Source: a virus | Taxonomy: Duplodnaviria; Caudoviricetes | Reading direction: 5' to 3' (one strand) | DNA: 26,139 bases | IMG/VR virus record: IMGVR_UViG_3300033067_000881 | Coordinates: 1 to 26,139 of that record | In this document: positions 1-9,484 of the stretch, piece after piece | How positions within the stretch are numbered: position 1 is the first letter of the stretch | Layout of the letters: every line of letters starts with the position of its first letter | Notes under the pieces: model-generated | Database searches by the model: none | Seen by the model: the letters and a program-made list of their open reading frames with translations, nothing else | Told to the model about the DNA's origin: nothing | Made by a program: the position numbers and the translations under genes

Positions 1-1622
1 TTGATAATAATGAAATAGAGCGACGAAAAAAACTCTTTGACGACTATATAAAATCTCCTGAGTATCAAGAGAAATTAATTAGTCGACTTAAAGTTAATGA
101 CGCTTGTTTAAAAAGCTCAGAAGCCAAGGGACTCTCTTGGAATCTTTGTGCTAGACCAGATAATCCAGCTGAAGGATGTATATTCTTTATTGAGAATTTT
201 GGATGGACTTTTGACCCAAGACCACAAGCCAATCCTAATCACTTGCCTTTTATATTGTTTGAATACCAAAAAGAAGCAATAAGGGCAATGATAGACCACA
301 TAGATAATGGAAAAGATTTGTTGTTTGAAAAATCAAGAGACATGGGTGCTTCTTGGTTAATATTCTGTTATGTGCCACTTTGGTATTGGCTATTTCGTGA
401 TGGAACTAACTTTTTGATAGGTTCTTATAAAGAAAGTCTTGTTGATAACAGAACAAGAGATTCTTTGTTTGGTATGATTGACTACGCGATACAAAACATG
501 CCTAAATGGTTACTTCCTAAAGGATTTAAATTTGATAAGCACAGAAATCAAATGAAGCTCATCAATCCTGTTAATTTCAATCAAATAACAGGAGATACAA
601 TGAACCCTGAGTTCGGTAGAGGTTCGCGTAAAACAGCTGTGCTTTTCGACGAGCTAGGCTTTTGGGAATATGCTAAGGAGGCTTTTGAAACAACTTCTGA
701 CGTAACTGCTTGTCGAATAGCTAACTCCACTCCTCATGGGTATAACTATTTCGCTATGCTAAGAGGGTCTGGTATCGATGTTCATACAATGCACTGGAGA
801 AAACACCCATTAAAGGATGAAAAGTGGTATGAATTTGAAAAACAGAGACGAACGCCAGAAGAGGTAGCTCAAGAGTTGGATATTTCATACACAAAATCAC
901 TCGAAGGTAGAGTCTATCCAGAATGGGATGACCTTAGAGTAGAAAGAGGTTTGTTTCCTTATGACCCTGATTTGCCATTATATGTAGGGTGGGATTTCGG
1001 CAGAAGCGATGATACTGCAATAATTTGGGCGCAGAAGACAAGAGAGAATAAATTAAGGATTGTAGATACATACAAAAACAACGGAAAACATATTGAGTTC
1101 TATATTCCATTTATCACTGGAATGATAAGTATGGAATTGTATGGTAAATATAATTATTTACCTCACGAGCTTAAGATGATAGAAGAACATAGAAATTGGA
1201 AGCCAGCAATGCACTTTGGAGACCCAGCCGGAAGATTTATAACACAAGCTTCTGATTATTCTGTTATTGACTATTTGACTAAAAACGGGATCATTGTCAA
1301 TTTTAAAGACGAGTGGAAGACCTTTCAGAAGCGAAAAGCCGCAACCAAACTACAGATTCTCGCCGGTATTGAGCTTAACAAAACTCCTCGTTCAGAATAC
1401 TTTGACATGTGTATAACACAATCTGCTTACCCAAGAGTTAGAAGAGACGGGCAATATGAAACAAAGACTGTTGACCCGGTACACAACTGGACATCACACT
1501 ATAGGTCTTCGTTAGAATACCTATGCCTTGGCTTATCTGATTTCAACATAAAGAGAGAACGACCTTACGACAAGATTAAACCTAAGCCATCATTTAACAG
1601 GAGACGAACTATAGGTTATTAA
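1..1622 (+). CDS. terL: terminase large subunit (5' end outside window)
   Basis: The frame is open from nt 3 (DNNEIERRKK...FGWTFDPRP...LPF), so the TTG at 243 is not the true start. Motifs: Walker A-like KSRDMGAS, Walker B VLFDE, motif III NSTP, nuclease WDFG..DDT. Lies upstream of the portal. Confidence 0.93.
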   Translation, partial: DNNEIERRKKLFDDYIKSPEYQEKLISRLKVNDACLKSSEAKGLSWNLCARPDNPAEGCIFFIENFGWTFDPRPQANPNHLPFILFEYQKEAIRAMIDHIDNGKDLLFEKSRDMGASWLIFCYVPLWYWLFRDGTNFLIGSYKESLVDNRTRDSLFGMIDYAIQNMPKWLLPKGFKFDKHRNQMKLINPVNFNQITGDTMNPEFGRGSRKTAVLFDELGFWEYAKEAFETTSDVTACRIANSTPHGYNYFAMLRGSGIDVHTMHWRKHPLKDEKWYEFEKQRRTPEEVAQELDISYTKSLEGRVYPEWDDLRVERGLFPYDPDLPLYVGWDFGRSDDTAIIWAQKTRENKLRIVDTYKNNGKHIEFYIPFITGMISMELYGKYNYLPHELKMIEEHRNWKPAMHFGDPAGRFITQASDYSVIDYLTKNGIIVNFKDEWKTFQKRKAATKLQILAGIELNKTPRSEYFDMCITQSAYPRVRRDGQYETKTVDPVHNWTSHYRSSLEYLCLGLSDFNIKRERPYDKIKPKPSFNRRRTIGY

Positions 1623-1623
1623 T

Positions 1624-1992
1624 ATGATAGAAGGTAGTGTTTGGTTTAAACGTCTTGTTAGAGAAATGAAATCCATTTCAAAACATGTACGTTTTGTAAA
1701 GTTAAAGGCCGGATTCTATAGAATCTATTTTCGCCAAGCATATATTGGCGAGTGTTTTAAGAATATGCCAGAAATGGGTTACGATATATACGAAAGAACA
1801 CTAAACTTTGAAGACTACTCTTATTATCAACAGCACCACAACACAATTGATACCACGTTAAGGGTTAAGAACTTCGTGGAAGGATATAGAGAAACAAAAG
1901 ATAAATTAATAACCAGATTAACCCAAATGAGGAATGACCGAGAGTTTTATGAACAGGCAAGAAAGGGTTACTCTCAAATGCGAATAAAATAG
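1624..1992 (+). CDS. hypothetical phage protein (122 aa)
   Basis: Coupled to the terL stop by TAATATG and fills the terL-portal gap. Confidence 0.75.
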   Translation: MIEGSVWFKRLVREMKSISKHVRFVKLKAGFYRIYFRQAYIGECFKNMPEMGYDIYERTLNFEDYSYYQQHHNTIDTTLRVKNFVEGYRETKDKLITRLTQMRNDREFYEQARKGYSQMRIK

Positions 1993-2021
1993 TTGGACAT
2001 ACTTAAATTGTGTGTTATAAT
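1993..2021 (+). promoter_or_regulatory. sigma70-type extended -10 promoter, probably leaderless, for the portal
   Basis: TTGGAC (1993-1998), 17-nt spacer, TGt-TATAAT (2016-2021). The ATG at 2028 lies 6 nt past the -10. Confidence 0.7.
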
Positions 2022-2027
2022 TAATCT

Positions 2028-4025
2028 ATGTTAGACGAAACTCAAGTCACTTACTACCAACCTTCTGATAAGGAAAGAGCACTTGTTGGGGACATTATTT
2101 CAAAATTTAGAACATCGGCTGATGAAAGGAATCGAGCTTACGAGTACTTTGATGGTAGGACTCTTATTGAGTACATTAATGACTCAGTTCGTCGTTTTAC
2201 AACGAACGTTGATTTGCGAGAAGGAATTGAAGATTGGCAAGCAAGAGTACACGACCAATTCACCCGCAATAAGGTCCTTGCTGTGCTTGGGAAGGTAGTA
2301 TCAGTACTACCAATAGCTTCTTATACCCCACGCGGTGACGAGGATATCAGAATAACCTCAATATTGACAGAACTATATCAGTATTCAGAAGATAAGGAAG
2401 ATTTTGAGGAATTTGCATTGTATTTCTTAGAGGAAGCAATTGTAAAGGGAACAGCCATCGGATACGAAGGTGTTGAATATAGTAAGAAAACAGTTAGAGA
2501 CGTCACTGGAATAGGAGACGAAATAAAAGAAAAGGAGGCTATCGTAGAGGAGACAAGGCTCTTTTCAGAGCTTGTTCCACTCGAAGAGTTCTACCCATCA
2601 TCGGTATCAATACGAACAATTAAGGAAATGCCTTATTGTTTTCGAAGGAAGGAATACTCATTTGGAGAATTTCAATCAAGATTTTCTAATTACTCTAAGT
2701 CAGTGTTTGTAAAACCATTTGATAGTAACTTAGGAGCAGAAGAGAAGCCTTTCTATTTGGATTACATAAGTTCGACAACCACACCTGGAAACGTCGAGGT
2801 TATTTGGTATTTCGACAAAATGCAGGATATGCATGTAATCATTGCAAATGGTATTTGGATAAACCCAATCGACAACGAGGTGATATCACCAATACCATTC
2901 AATCACAAACAGTTACCATTCTACGACATTAAATTTGATATAATTGGTCCGTGGTTCTATGGTAAATCATTGCCTGATAGGCTAAAGTCATTCCAAGACG
3001 TATTAAACGTTTTGACAAACATGACGTTAGACCAAAGCTTCTTGACAATATTCCCACCACTTCTCACAAATGGATTTGATAGGATTGAAGACGACTACTT
3101 GAGGCCTGGACGTAGAACACCTATTGATACACAAGGACTGCCTATAAATCAGGCCTTTATGAAGCTGGATCTTGGCGTCCCTAGCGGATGGCACCAGTTT
3201 ATACTTGAATACACGCGAAGAGTAATGGAGGAAGCCTCTATTGACCGAGTCTCATCTGGCCACGCCGGAGCTGGAGACAGAACTACGGCACAGGAAATCC
3301 GTGTCGCAGCAGAAGGTGTAGCCTCAACACTTGGTATCTTTGGTAGGTTTATAAATTATGGACTTAAACAAAAGGCATTATTGCGAGGAAAAAACATTCT
3401 TCAGTTCTGGACAGACCCAAACAAGCCAATGCTCAAGGGCGTACTTGGTTCAAACGGAGACGAATTGTTTGCAAAAGCATTTAATACCTTCAAGATAAAC
3501 AACACTGTCTTGTCAGATGGTAAACGAGGTACTCACGTTATCATGTTGTTTGCAGATAAGGCAGATATGCCAGATGCAAAGAGCGTAGAGACATTCTCTA
3601 AGGTAAAGAAGGTTATTACTGGAAAAGACATTGAATATACTCCAGTTTCTGCTTCTTACATAAGAAACATAGAGTTTGACACAAAGATGGTAATGGACAC
3701 AAAGAAAGAAGCAACCAGAGACTTAGACAAGGCAATACAGCTTGAAAAGGTTCGTGTGTATCTTGGTCTGTTCCCTCAGGGTGTATTTGACCTTGCAGAA
3801 CTAGCGGCACAGACCGCTGAGAAGATGGGAGATGACCCAACAAAGGTCTTATCACAAGATACAACCTCTTCTTTGATAACAAGAGCGACGTCAACTGAGT
3901 CCGCAAAGCCAATGTCACAGAATCCATCATCTAATATTATGACTAATATGGCTGATACTGGTTCAAGTGGTATAAGCGGTGGAATGCAATCACTAGCACA
4001 ATTAGGAGGCTCAATGCTTGGATAA
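2028..4025 (+). CDS. portal protein (large, P22-like size, 665 aa)
   Basis: Follows terL. Portal-like motifs FYGKSL.D.L...QD.LN...N...D and TAQEI; low-complexity M/S/G-rich C-terminal tail. Confidence 0.88.
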   Translation: MLDETQVTYYQPSDKERALVGDIISKFRTSADERNRAYEYFDGRTLIEYINDSVRRFTTNVDLREGIEDWQARVHDQFTRNKVLAVLGKVVSVLPIASYTPRGDEDIRITSILTELYQYSEDKEDFEEFALYFLEEAIVKGTAIGYEGVEYSKKTVRDVTGIGDEIKEKEAIVEETRLFSELVPLEEFYPSSVSIRTIKEMPYCFRRKEYSFGEFQSRFSNYSKSVFVKPFDSNLGAEEKPFYLDYISSTTTPGNVEVIWYFDKMQDMHVIIANGIWINPIDNEVISPIPFNHKQLPFYDIKFDIIGPWFYGKSLPDRLKSFQDVLNVLTNMTLDQSFLTIFPPLLTNGFDRIEDDYLRPGRRTPIDTQGLPINQAFMKLDLGVPSGWHQFILEYTRRVMEEASIDRVSSGHAGAGDRTTAQEIRVAAEGVASTLGIFGRFINYGLKQKALLRGKNILQFWTDPNKPMLKGVLGSNGDELFAKAFNTFKINNTVLSDGKRGTHVIMLFADKADMPDAKSVETFSKVKKVITGKDIEYTPVSASYIRNIEFDTKMVMDTKKEATRDLDKAIQLEKVRVYLGLFPQGVFDLAELAAQTAEKMGDDPTKVLSQDTTSSLITRATSTESAKPMSQNPSSNIMTNMADTGSSGISGGMQSLAQLGGSMLG

Positions 4026-4026
4026 T

Positions 4027-4308
4027 ATGTTTAATATATTCAAAAAGGAAACAAAACCAGAAGATGCTTTTGCTAAGGCATTAGAGATAGGAAACATAGA
4101 AGATATTAATTTGACCAAAGAAGGGGAAGACGCAATCCTTGCCGATTTGGCTGGAATTGATGGAATTCTTGATTATCTAAGGGATACAATGTCAAAAGAT
4201 ATCAAAAGATATTTTGCGGCACAAACAGAGAAAGAGAGGGACATAATCAGAGGCGCCTTTGCTCGTGTTGCTTACCTTCGAGCCGAGATTGTAAAACTAA
4301 AAACTTGA
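4027..4308 (+). CDS. small helical head-region protein
   Basis: Start placed at ATG 4027 (TAATATG with the portal stop) rather than TTG 4018. Typical portal-scaffold spacer gene. Confidence 0.7.
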   Translation: MFNIFKKETKPEDAFAKALEIGNIEDINLTKEGEDAILADLAGIDGILDYLRDTMSKDIKRYFAAQTEKERDIIRGAFARVAYLRAEIVKLKT

Positions 4309-4332
4309 CAATAAAATATATATTGTTATAAT
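4305..4332 (+). promoter_or_regulatory. strong sigma70-type promoter for the scaffold/capsid genes
   Basis: TTGACA (4305-4310), 16-nt spacer, TGt-TATAAT (4327-4332). Confidence 0.8.
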
Positions 4333-4341
4333 AATAACAGA

Positions 4342-4440
4342 AGTTTGTGCAATTTGCACTGGATGGTCTGCCCCATCCAGTACAAACTGCGGAAGCAGTT
4401 GGTCGTTTAGTGGGCACAACCACTACTGGTCTCAACCAGG
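4342..4440 (+). other. structured GC-rich 5' leader (multi-hairpin RNA candidate)
   Basis: Stems: AGTTTGT/ACAAACT, ACTGGATGG/CCATCCAGT, AACTGC-GGAA-GCAGTT, TAGTGG/CCACTA, CTGGT/ACCAG. Confidence 0.55.
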
Positions 4441-4474
4441 ATAAAAAGGGATTAAAACTAAAAAGTGAACGATT

Positions 4475-5128
4475 ATGGAAAATCCAGAAAGCACAACTAG
4501 TGCTGGGGATGAAGTTAAGGTTACTCTCTCGAAAGAGGAATACGACAAACTTGTTGGTGAACGAGCTACAGATAAGCAGTCCATCGCAAATGTTGTAGAG
4601 GAGTTAAAGGAATTGCGTAAGAAGTTAAAAACTGACGCACCTAAAGAAACTCCTAAGGCAAATGAAGACGTTATAACCTCACAGGCCGATGTGGAAAGGG
4701 TTATACAAAAGAAGCTTGACGAACAGAAAATTGAACTTAGACAGTCCAATTATACCGAAGCTACTAACGAATTCTTAGCCGCCCACCCAGAGTTTTCTTC
4801 GGAAAACGACCCGGGAGGGTTAAAGCTTTCGGCATTTCAGAAAGCTCTCAGTAAGATTAATTTGCAAGGTCTGGAGACCAAGCAGCAATTTTCTGAAGCA
4901 TTCATGGATGCGGTTAGCCTTATGAGTAAGGATGATAAACAATCCCCAATGAACCCTTCATCTTCCCCACAACCAGCACCAATTCCAAAAACTGTTGCTG
5001 TACATAACCTGCCTCCAGCAGAGGAGAAGCTAGTGAAGACGCACTTCAATGGTGACGTTGCTAAATACCTTGCTCAAAAGGCAAAAAAGCCAGCCTATTT
5101 CGAGGAATTATTGAAGTGGGCTCGCTAG
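4475..5128 (+). CDS. capsid scaffolding protein
   Basis: 217 aa, E/K-rich coiled-coil, Pro-rich linker and basic C-terminus. Lies between portal and capsid genes. Confidence 0.75.
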   Translation: MENPESTTSAGDEVKVTLSKEEYDKLVGERATDKQSIANVVEELKELRKKLKTDAPKETPKANEDVITSQADVERVIQKKLDEQKIELRQSNYTEATNEFLAAHPEFSSENDPGGLKLSAFQKALSKINLQGLETKQQFSEAFMDAVSLMSKDDKQSPMNPSSSPQPAPIPKTVAVHNLPPAEEKLVKTHFNGDVAKYLAQKAKKPAYFEELLKWAR

Positions 5129-5167
5129 GTCGAAATAAATTTATTAAGAAGTTTTTACAGAATAGAT

Positions 5168-5692
5168 ATGGCATTTAAAGTTGAAGGTACACTTCGACCT
5201 CACGGTGCGCCTGTTCTGCGTCGAGAGATTCTCTCTAACTCAATCACTACTACGGTTGAAGACTCTGTTAAGGTCACTTCGGGCTTTGTTGCCCTTGGTA
5301 CGGCTGGAGCACTTGTTTTCGGTCACGTGGCAGGTATTGGTACGGACAAAGGAGTTGGCCTCAACACCACTGGTGTTGCTGGTGCAGCTATGGGTTCGTA
5401 TGTTAACACCTTCCTAACCGCATCTGATAACCAGACTGTAGGTAAGGTACGTGCTGAGGTAGATATCTCTATGGAAACCATGCGTTCAGAAATCACTAGC
5501 GGTACCCTTGGTACAACTACTGGTTCGAACTTGCTTGGTTACTTCCTCGACTTGACCGATGAAGACACGCTTGACGAAACGTCTGCGGCTACAACGACTG
5601 CTCAATACTTTAACTGGGGTGTAAATCCTGCTTCAAGTTCTCAGATCATTGTAACCATAAACGAGTCACTCATGTTCAATCGCATAGCATAA
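5168..5692 (+). CDS. capsid cement/decoration protein
   Basis: 174 aa, G/T/A-rich beta-type protein immediately upstream of the MCP. Confidence 0.6.
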   Translation: MAFKVEGTLRPHGAPVLRREILSNSITTTVEDSVKVTSGFVALGTAGALVFGHVAGIGTDKGVGLNTTGVAGAAMGSYVNTFLTASDNQTVGKVRAEVDISMETMRSEITSGTLGTTTGSNLLGYFLDLTDEDTLDETSAATTTAQYFNWGVNPASSSQIIVTINESLMFNRIA

Positions 5693-5699
5693 ATATAAT

Positions 5700-6668
5700 A
5701 TGCCTGAGACACGTTCCAAATGGACAGACCTCATCCCAGATGTAGGTTTGAAAATTGCTGACTTGTTTGACCAAGGAGACATGGAGTATACACCAGGTAT
5801 CTTTTCCATTCTTCGCAAAGACAGTGGCACGGGTGCCCAGAAAAACTTCACAGGAAAGACTGGTTTTGGTGAAATAGAACGCTTCCAGGATGGAGATAAT
5901 ATTCCAACCGTACAGCGTGTAAAGAACTACACAACTTCAGTTGTTTATGACAACTACGGTGGTGCAGTTCAGGTCACAAAGAACACGATTGAAGACCGAG
6001 ATTTCGGTTCTCAGCTCGATGAGATGCGTGATCTTTCACGAAGCGTAAATTACTCTGTTGATAAGGCTGGAATCCAGCTTTTCAACGGTGGATTTGCTAC
6101 TACGACTACTGTCAACGGTTACACGATGACATGGTACGGAGACGGCAAGCCTCAGTTCTCTACGCTCCACCCAACAACTCTTCCAGGCGGTTCAACACAA
6201 TCAAACGCATCGTCAACAGGTATTGCACTTTCACACGCAAACCTTGAGACTGGTCGTTTGGCTCTTGAACTCCAACAGACGGACAACGGAAAGGCTCTTA
6301 CCATGACTGGTAAGACGACTCTCATTGTTCCTCTTGCGCTTGAGAAGACAGCAACTCAGACGGTAACGTCTCAGTTGACTCCAGAAAGTGCTAACAACGC
6401 AATCAACACTTACCGTGGAATGATTGACGTTATGGCAACAAAGTTCCTTGACTCAGTAAATGGTGGTTCAAATACTGCATGGTTCCTCGTTAACACGGGA
6501 ACTCATCAGCTTTACCACGATACTCGTCAGGAGAAGCGACTTGAAATGGATGTTAACATCCTTAACAAGACCGCAACTTTCACTGTGGACGCACGATGGG
6601 CTACTCATTCACGTGAGTGGAAAGGTACTTGGGGAAGTAAGGGCGATGCAGCCGCTTACTCTTCATAG
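5700..6668 (+). CDS. major capsid protein (HK97 fold, Mu gpT-like)
   Basis: 322 aa. Motifs YGGAVQVTKNTIED, DGKPQFSTLHP, LIVPLALE..A and AWFLV; canonical position. Confidence 0.88.
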   Translation: MPETRSKWTDLIPDVGLKIADLFDQGDMEYTPGIFSILRKDSGTGAQKNFTGKTGFGEIERFQDGDNIPTVQRVKNYTTSVVYDNYGGAVQVTKNTIEDRDFGSQLDEMRDLSRSVNYSVDKAGIQLFNGGFATTTTVNGYTMTWYGDGKPQFSTLHPTTLPGGSTQSNASSTGIALSHANLETGRLALELQQTDNGKALTMTGKTTLIVPLALEKTATQTVTSQLTPESANNAINTYRGMIDVMATKFLDSVNGGSNTAWFLVNTGTHQLYHDTRQEKRLEMDVNILNKTATFTVDARWATHSREWKGTWGSKGDAAAYSS

Positions 6669-6675
6669 TTCCAAC

Positions 6676-6707
6676 GGAAGGTGTAGGGTATTCCCCCGAA
6701 ACCTTCC
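6676..6707 (+). terminator. stem-loop after the MCP stop (terminator or RNA-processing hairpin)
   Basis: GGAAGGT (6676-6682) pairs with ACCTTCC (6701-6707), enclosing GGG-TATT-CCC. No clear U-tract. Confidence 0.4.
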
Positions 6708-6753
6708 ATCAATCAGATTACTCTCTCGACTCCGAGAATAATTAAATAGATAA

Positions 6754-7050
6754 ATGAGGTACAATATATCAAAGAAGAATTCTACGAAACACGAAAGAAT
6801 CTTCTATGAAATCTTAAAGTCTCTCAAGATACCATTTAAACATAGATGGAAAGTGGGAAAATACGAAATAGACTTTATAGTAAAGAACTACGCTATTGAG
6901 ATTAATGGGCACAATCAAAGTCCCCAAAGAAATCAGAGCCTAGTTAGAATGAAATTAACACCGATTCATATTCAAAATGAGTCATTAGTAAAAGAAAAAG
7001 ATAAATTAATATTATGGCTAAAACAAATTCAGTGTTCCCAAGCGGAGTAG
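6754..7050 (+). CDS. DUF559/Vsr-like PD-(D/E)xK endonuclease, free-standing
   Basis: Pattern T..E..F..IL......F......GKY.IDF......IEING. Very basic and AT-rich; overlaps the next gene by 37 nt. Confidence 0.7.
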   Translation: MRYNISKKNSTKHERIFYEILKSLKIPFKHRWKVGKYEIDFIVKNYAIEINGHNQSPQRNQSLVRMKLTPIHIQNESLVKEKDKLILWLKQIQCSQAE

Positions 7051-7427
7051 AGTCTGGTGAACGCGTATACGAAAAGCTTACTGTAACCACTTCATCAACC
7101 GCAGGAGCAGTTACATATACAGCGGCAGAAATCCTCGGTGGAGTAATTCTACGAGACCCAAATGGTGGAAACCGATCTGACGTATTCCCTACAGCTGCTT
7201 CTATAGAAACCGAAGCAGGTCTCCCAGGCTTGTCTACTGGAGCTTCATTTACAGTTCTTATACGAAACACCGCAGATGCAGCTGAAACAATTACAATGAC
7301 GACTGCAACTGGTCTTACATTGTCTGGAACTATGACAATTGCCCAAAACAACCAAAAGGAATTCCTTTTTGTTAAGACTGGAGTAAATACTTTCACTGTT
7401 TATTCACTTGGTACTGTAGTATTCTAA
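7014..7427 (+). CDS. putative virion head-associated protein (137 aa)
   Basis: T/A/G-rich beta protein in the post-MCP position. Confidence 0.6.
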   Translation: MAKTNSVFPSGVESGERVYEKLTVTTSSTAGAVTYTAAEILGGVILRDPNGGNRSDVFPTAASIETEAGLPGLSTGASFTVLIRNTADAAETITMTTATGLTLSGTMTIAQNNQKEFLFVKTGVNTFTVYSLGTVVF

Positions 7428-7428
7428 T

Positions 7429-7671
7429 ATGATAATCTATAACCCACTTACCACTAAAGTTGAAATCCGTGTAAAGGGTGTAGATTATTCTATACCAGCA
7501 CAGTCTTCAATAAACGTGGAAGAGTCTGTTGGAAAACACTGGCTTTCTGTTCACGGATTCTTGACAGATGAAGTCCCTGTTGTAACAGAAAAGAAGAAAG
7601 AGCCGGTTGCTAAGGTTGAGGAGGAGGCAGATGTAAAAGAAGTAATCGCCGAGAAGAAGGCAAAAAAGTAA
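7429..7671 (+). CDS. hypothetical protein (80 aa, E/K-rich tail)
   Basis: TAATATG-coupled on both sides. Confidence 0.7.
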   Translation: MIIYNPLTTKVEIRVKGVDYSIPAQSSINVEESVGKHWLSVHGFLTDEVPVVTEKKKEPVAKVEEEADVKEVIAEKKAKK

Positions 7672-7672
7672 T

Positions 7673-8116
7673 ATGACCGCAGGACTTGCATATCAAACAC
7701 AATATACAGTTCCCCTGATTGGTAGCAAGTCAGGCACAACTGTAACACCGTCTACACTTACGGCTGCTTATACTGGAAACACAAAAACGATAGCAACTGG
7801 TGGAATGTCTGTAATAACTATAGACGTCAAATACACAACTGGCTCTGGCGAAACTAACAACAGTATCGACATACAGATGGAGCACTCATCTGACGGAACT
7901 AACTTCTACACATTGACCAACGAAAGTTCGTCATCTGGTGTTTCTACTATAACGCAAAGAAACCTCACGCTTGTAGGTGCAGCAGCTGCAACGGCTTACG
8001 CTTTCAGCTACAAGATGGATATAAACTACAAGTTTATGAAATTCTCTGCAAAAGAGTCTGGAGTAGCAGCAAACTTTGGTACTTGCTACATGGAAGTAAC
8101 GTTTGGTGGGCACTAA
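7673..8116 (+). CDS. putative virion structural protein (147 aa, beta-rich)
   Basis: T/S/G-rich with an S.DG.NFY motif; within the structural operon. Confidence 0.6.
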   Translation: MTAGLAYQTQYTVPLIGSKSGTTVTPSTLTAAYTGNTKTIATGGMSVITIDVKYTTGSGETNNSIDIQMEHSSDGTNFYTLTNESSSSGVSTITQRNLTLVGAAAATAYAFSYKMDINYKFMKFSAKESGVAANFGTCYMEVTFGGH

Positions 8117-8117
8117 T

Positions 8118-8870
8118 ATGAAACGCTCAAACGAGCATATAAATGCTGCAAAGGTGGCAAATATAAGCACTCAGCTTTCTTTATTGAAGGCTGAGTCTGC
8201 TCGTGTTGCAAGTGAATATAGAGACCTACTAGAAAAGCATAATGCTTTATTGCAAAAACACAAGGAAGTTGAGGGAGAGATTCTGAAGCGCACAGAAGAA
8301 AGTCAAAAAGCTCTCGAAGAGGCTCAGAATATCAAAAGACATGCTTTACAACTTCGAGACGATATTAGTGCTTCTGCTGTATTAATTAATGCAGACACAG
8401 AAGAAAGACTGGCTTCTGTTGCCGAAAAGGAACAAGTTCTAAAACAAAAAGAGCTATCTTTTGAACAAGCTCTTACTGGAGCAAGAAAACAACTGAAAGA
8501 CATAAAAGAAGAATGTCTTGAGTTTGAGGACAGAATCGAAAGATATAAACCAACTATGAAACTCTTATCTGAAGAGTATTCTGAGTGGTATCAAAAGATA
8601 AAGAAAGCTCAAGAAGAACACCACTTATTGGTTGAAGAGAACGAACGACAGCAAAAAGAACTACTACGCGACCTCGTTGGATTGCACAAAGAGAAAAGAA
8701 AGGTTATCCATGAAATAGATGCAAATAGACTCGTTGTCGAAGGCCCACTAAAAGCTCTAGACGAAGCTCAAAAAGCACTAGATAAGCGTAAACTTGATAT
8801 CGATAGATACGCCTCTCGTATCCAAGCAAGACTTAAGGTACTTTACCCAGGAACTAATATTCAGTTGTGA
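8118..8870 (+). CDS. long coiled-coil protein (250 aa)
   Basis: Heptad-rich E/K/L/Q sequence. Start placed at ATG 8118 (TAATATG) rather than TTG 8103. Confidence 0.7.
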   Translation: MKRSNEHINAAKVANISTQLSLLKAESARVASEYRDLLEKHNALLQKHKEVEGEILKRTEESQKALEEAQNIKRHALQLRDDISASAVLINADTEERLASVAEKEQVLKQKELSFEQALTGARKQLKDIKEECLEFEDRIERYKPTMKLLSEEYSEWYQKIKKAQEEHHLLVEENERQQKELLRDLVGLHKEKRKVIHEIDANRLVVEGPLKALDEAQKALDKRKLDIDRYASRIQARLKVLYPGTNIQL

Positions 8871-8899
8871 TATGCGGTCATCTGATCGCCTTTCATGAT

Positions 8900-8932
8900 T
8901 ACTGCATTACTAAATAGTGCAGTATTTGATTT
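8900..8932 (+). terminator. possible intrinsic terminator
   Basis: TACTGCATTA-CTAAA-TAGTGCAGTA (10-bp stem, one G-U) followed by TTTGATTT. Confidence 0.5.
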
Positions 8933-8982
8933 ATATTGCAAAAACTGGTATAGTGGAAAAACAGCAAAATGTGTGTTATAAT
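8926..8982 (+). promoter_or_regulatory. tandem extended -10 promoters
   Basis: TTGATT (8926-8931), 17-nt spacer, TGg-TATAGT (8949-8954). Second site TGTGTGTTATAAT (8970-8982) is identical to 2009-2021. Confidence 0.6.
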
Positions 8983-8992
8983 GTAAATCAAT

Positions 8993-9481
8993 ATGAGTAT
9001 ATTTTCTGGTATTAATAACCCCGGTCTTGATTTTGATCAATTGACTGCTGCTGAAATGGCACTTGTTCAGCAAATCACTCTCCTAGGAGACCCTAATGCT
9101 GATAGAATATTGTTTTGGGATGACTCAGCAGGTTCTTATCAATATCTTGAAATAGGAAGTGGTTTAAGCATTACTGGAACCACAATGACGGCTTTGGCTG
9201 GTTCTGGTATTGCACGTACTATAGTAGTGACAAGTGGTGACGCTACAATGGGTTCAACTGCAAACGTTGACTACACTTATCTAGTAGCCGGAGCTCATAC
9301 GCTAACTCTTCCAACGGCTGTTTCAAACACAAACAGATACACCATTAAGAATAACCACTCAGCCGCAATAACGGTAAACACCACGTCTTCACAGACAATT
9401 GATGGCACAACAAGCATTCAAATAGCTCCAGAAGATTCAGTTGACATTATTAGCGACAACACCAACTGGAGAATAATATAA
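8993..9481 (+). CDS. virion fibre/appendage-associated protein (162 aa)
   Basis: DPNADRILFWDDS..GSGLSITGTT segment and TLTLP.A...Y.IKN...TIDG..W C-terminal beta domain, typical of fibre modules. Confidence 0.6.
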   Translation: MSIFSGINNPGLDFDQLTAAEMALVQQITLLGDPNADRILFWDDSAGSYQYLEIGSGLSITGTTMTALAGSGIARTIVVTSGDATMGSTANVDYTYLVAGAHTLTLPTAVSNTNRYTIKNNHSAAITVNTTSSQTIDGTTSIQIAPEDSVDIISDNTNWRII

Positions 9482-9484
9482 TTT

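Noticed and set aside
4342-4440. tRNA gene
   Set aside because: No acceptor stem enclosing the hairpins and no T-loop consensus.
4347-4598. 83-aa ORF over the scaffold leader
   Set aside because: GTG start, out-of-frame overlap with the scaffold gene, and the region is better explained by RNA stems.
6460-6741. Frameshifted C-terminal extension of the MCP
   Set aside because: No slippery site seen; the alternative frame adds only about 24 residues of hairpin-derived sequence.
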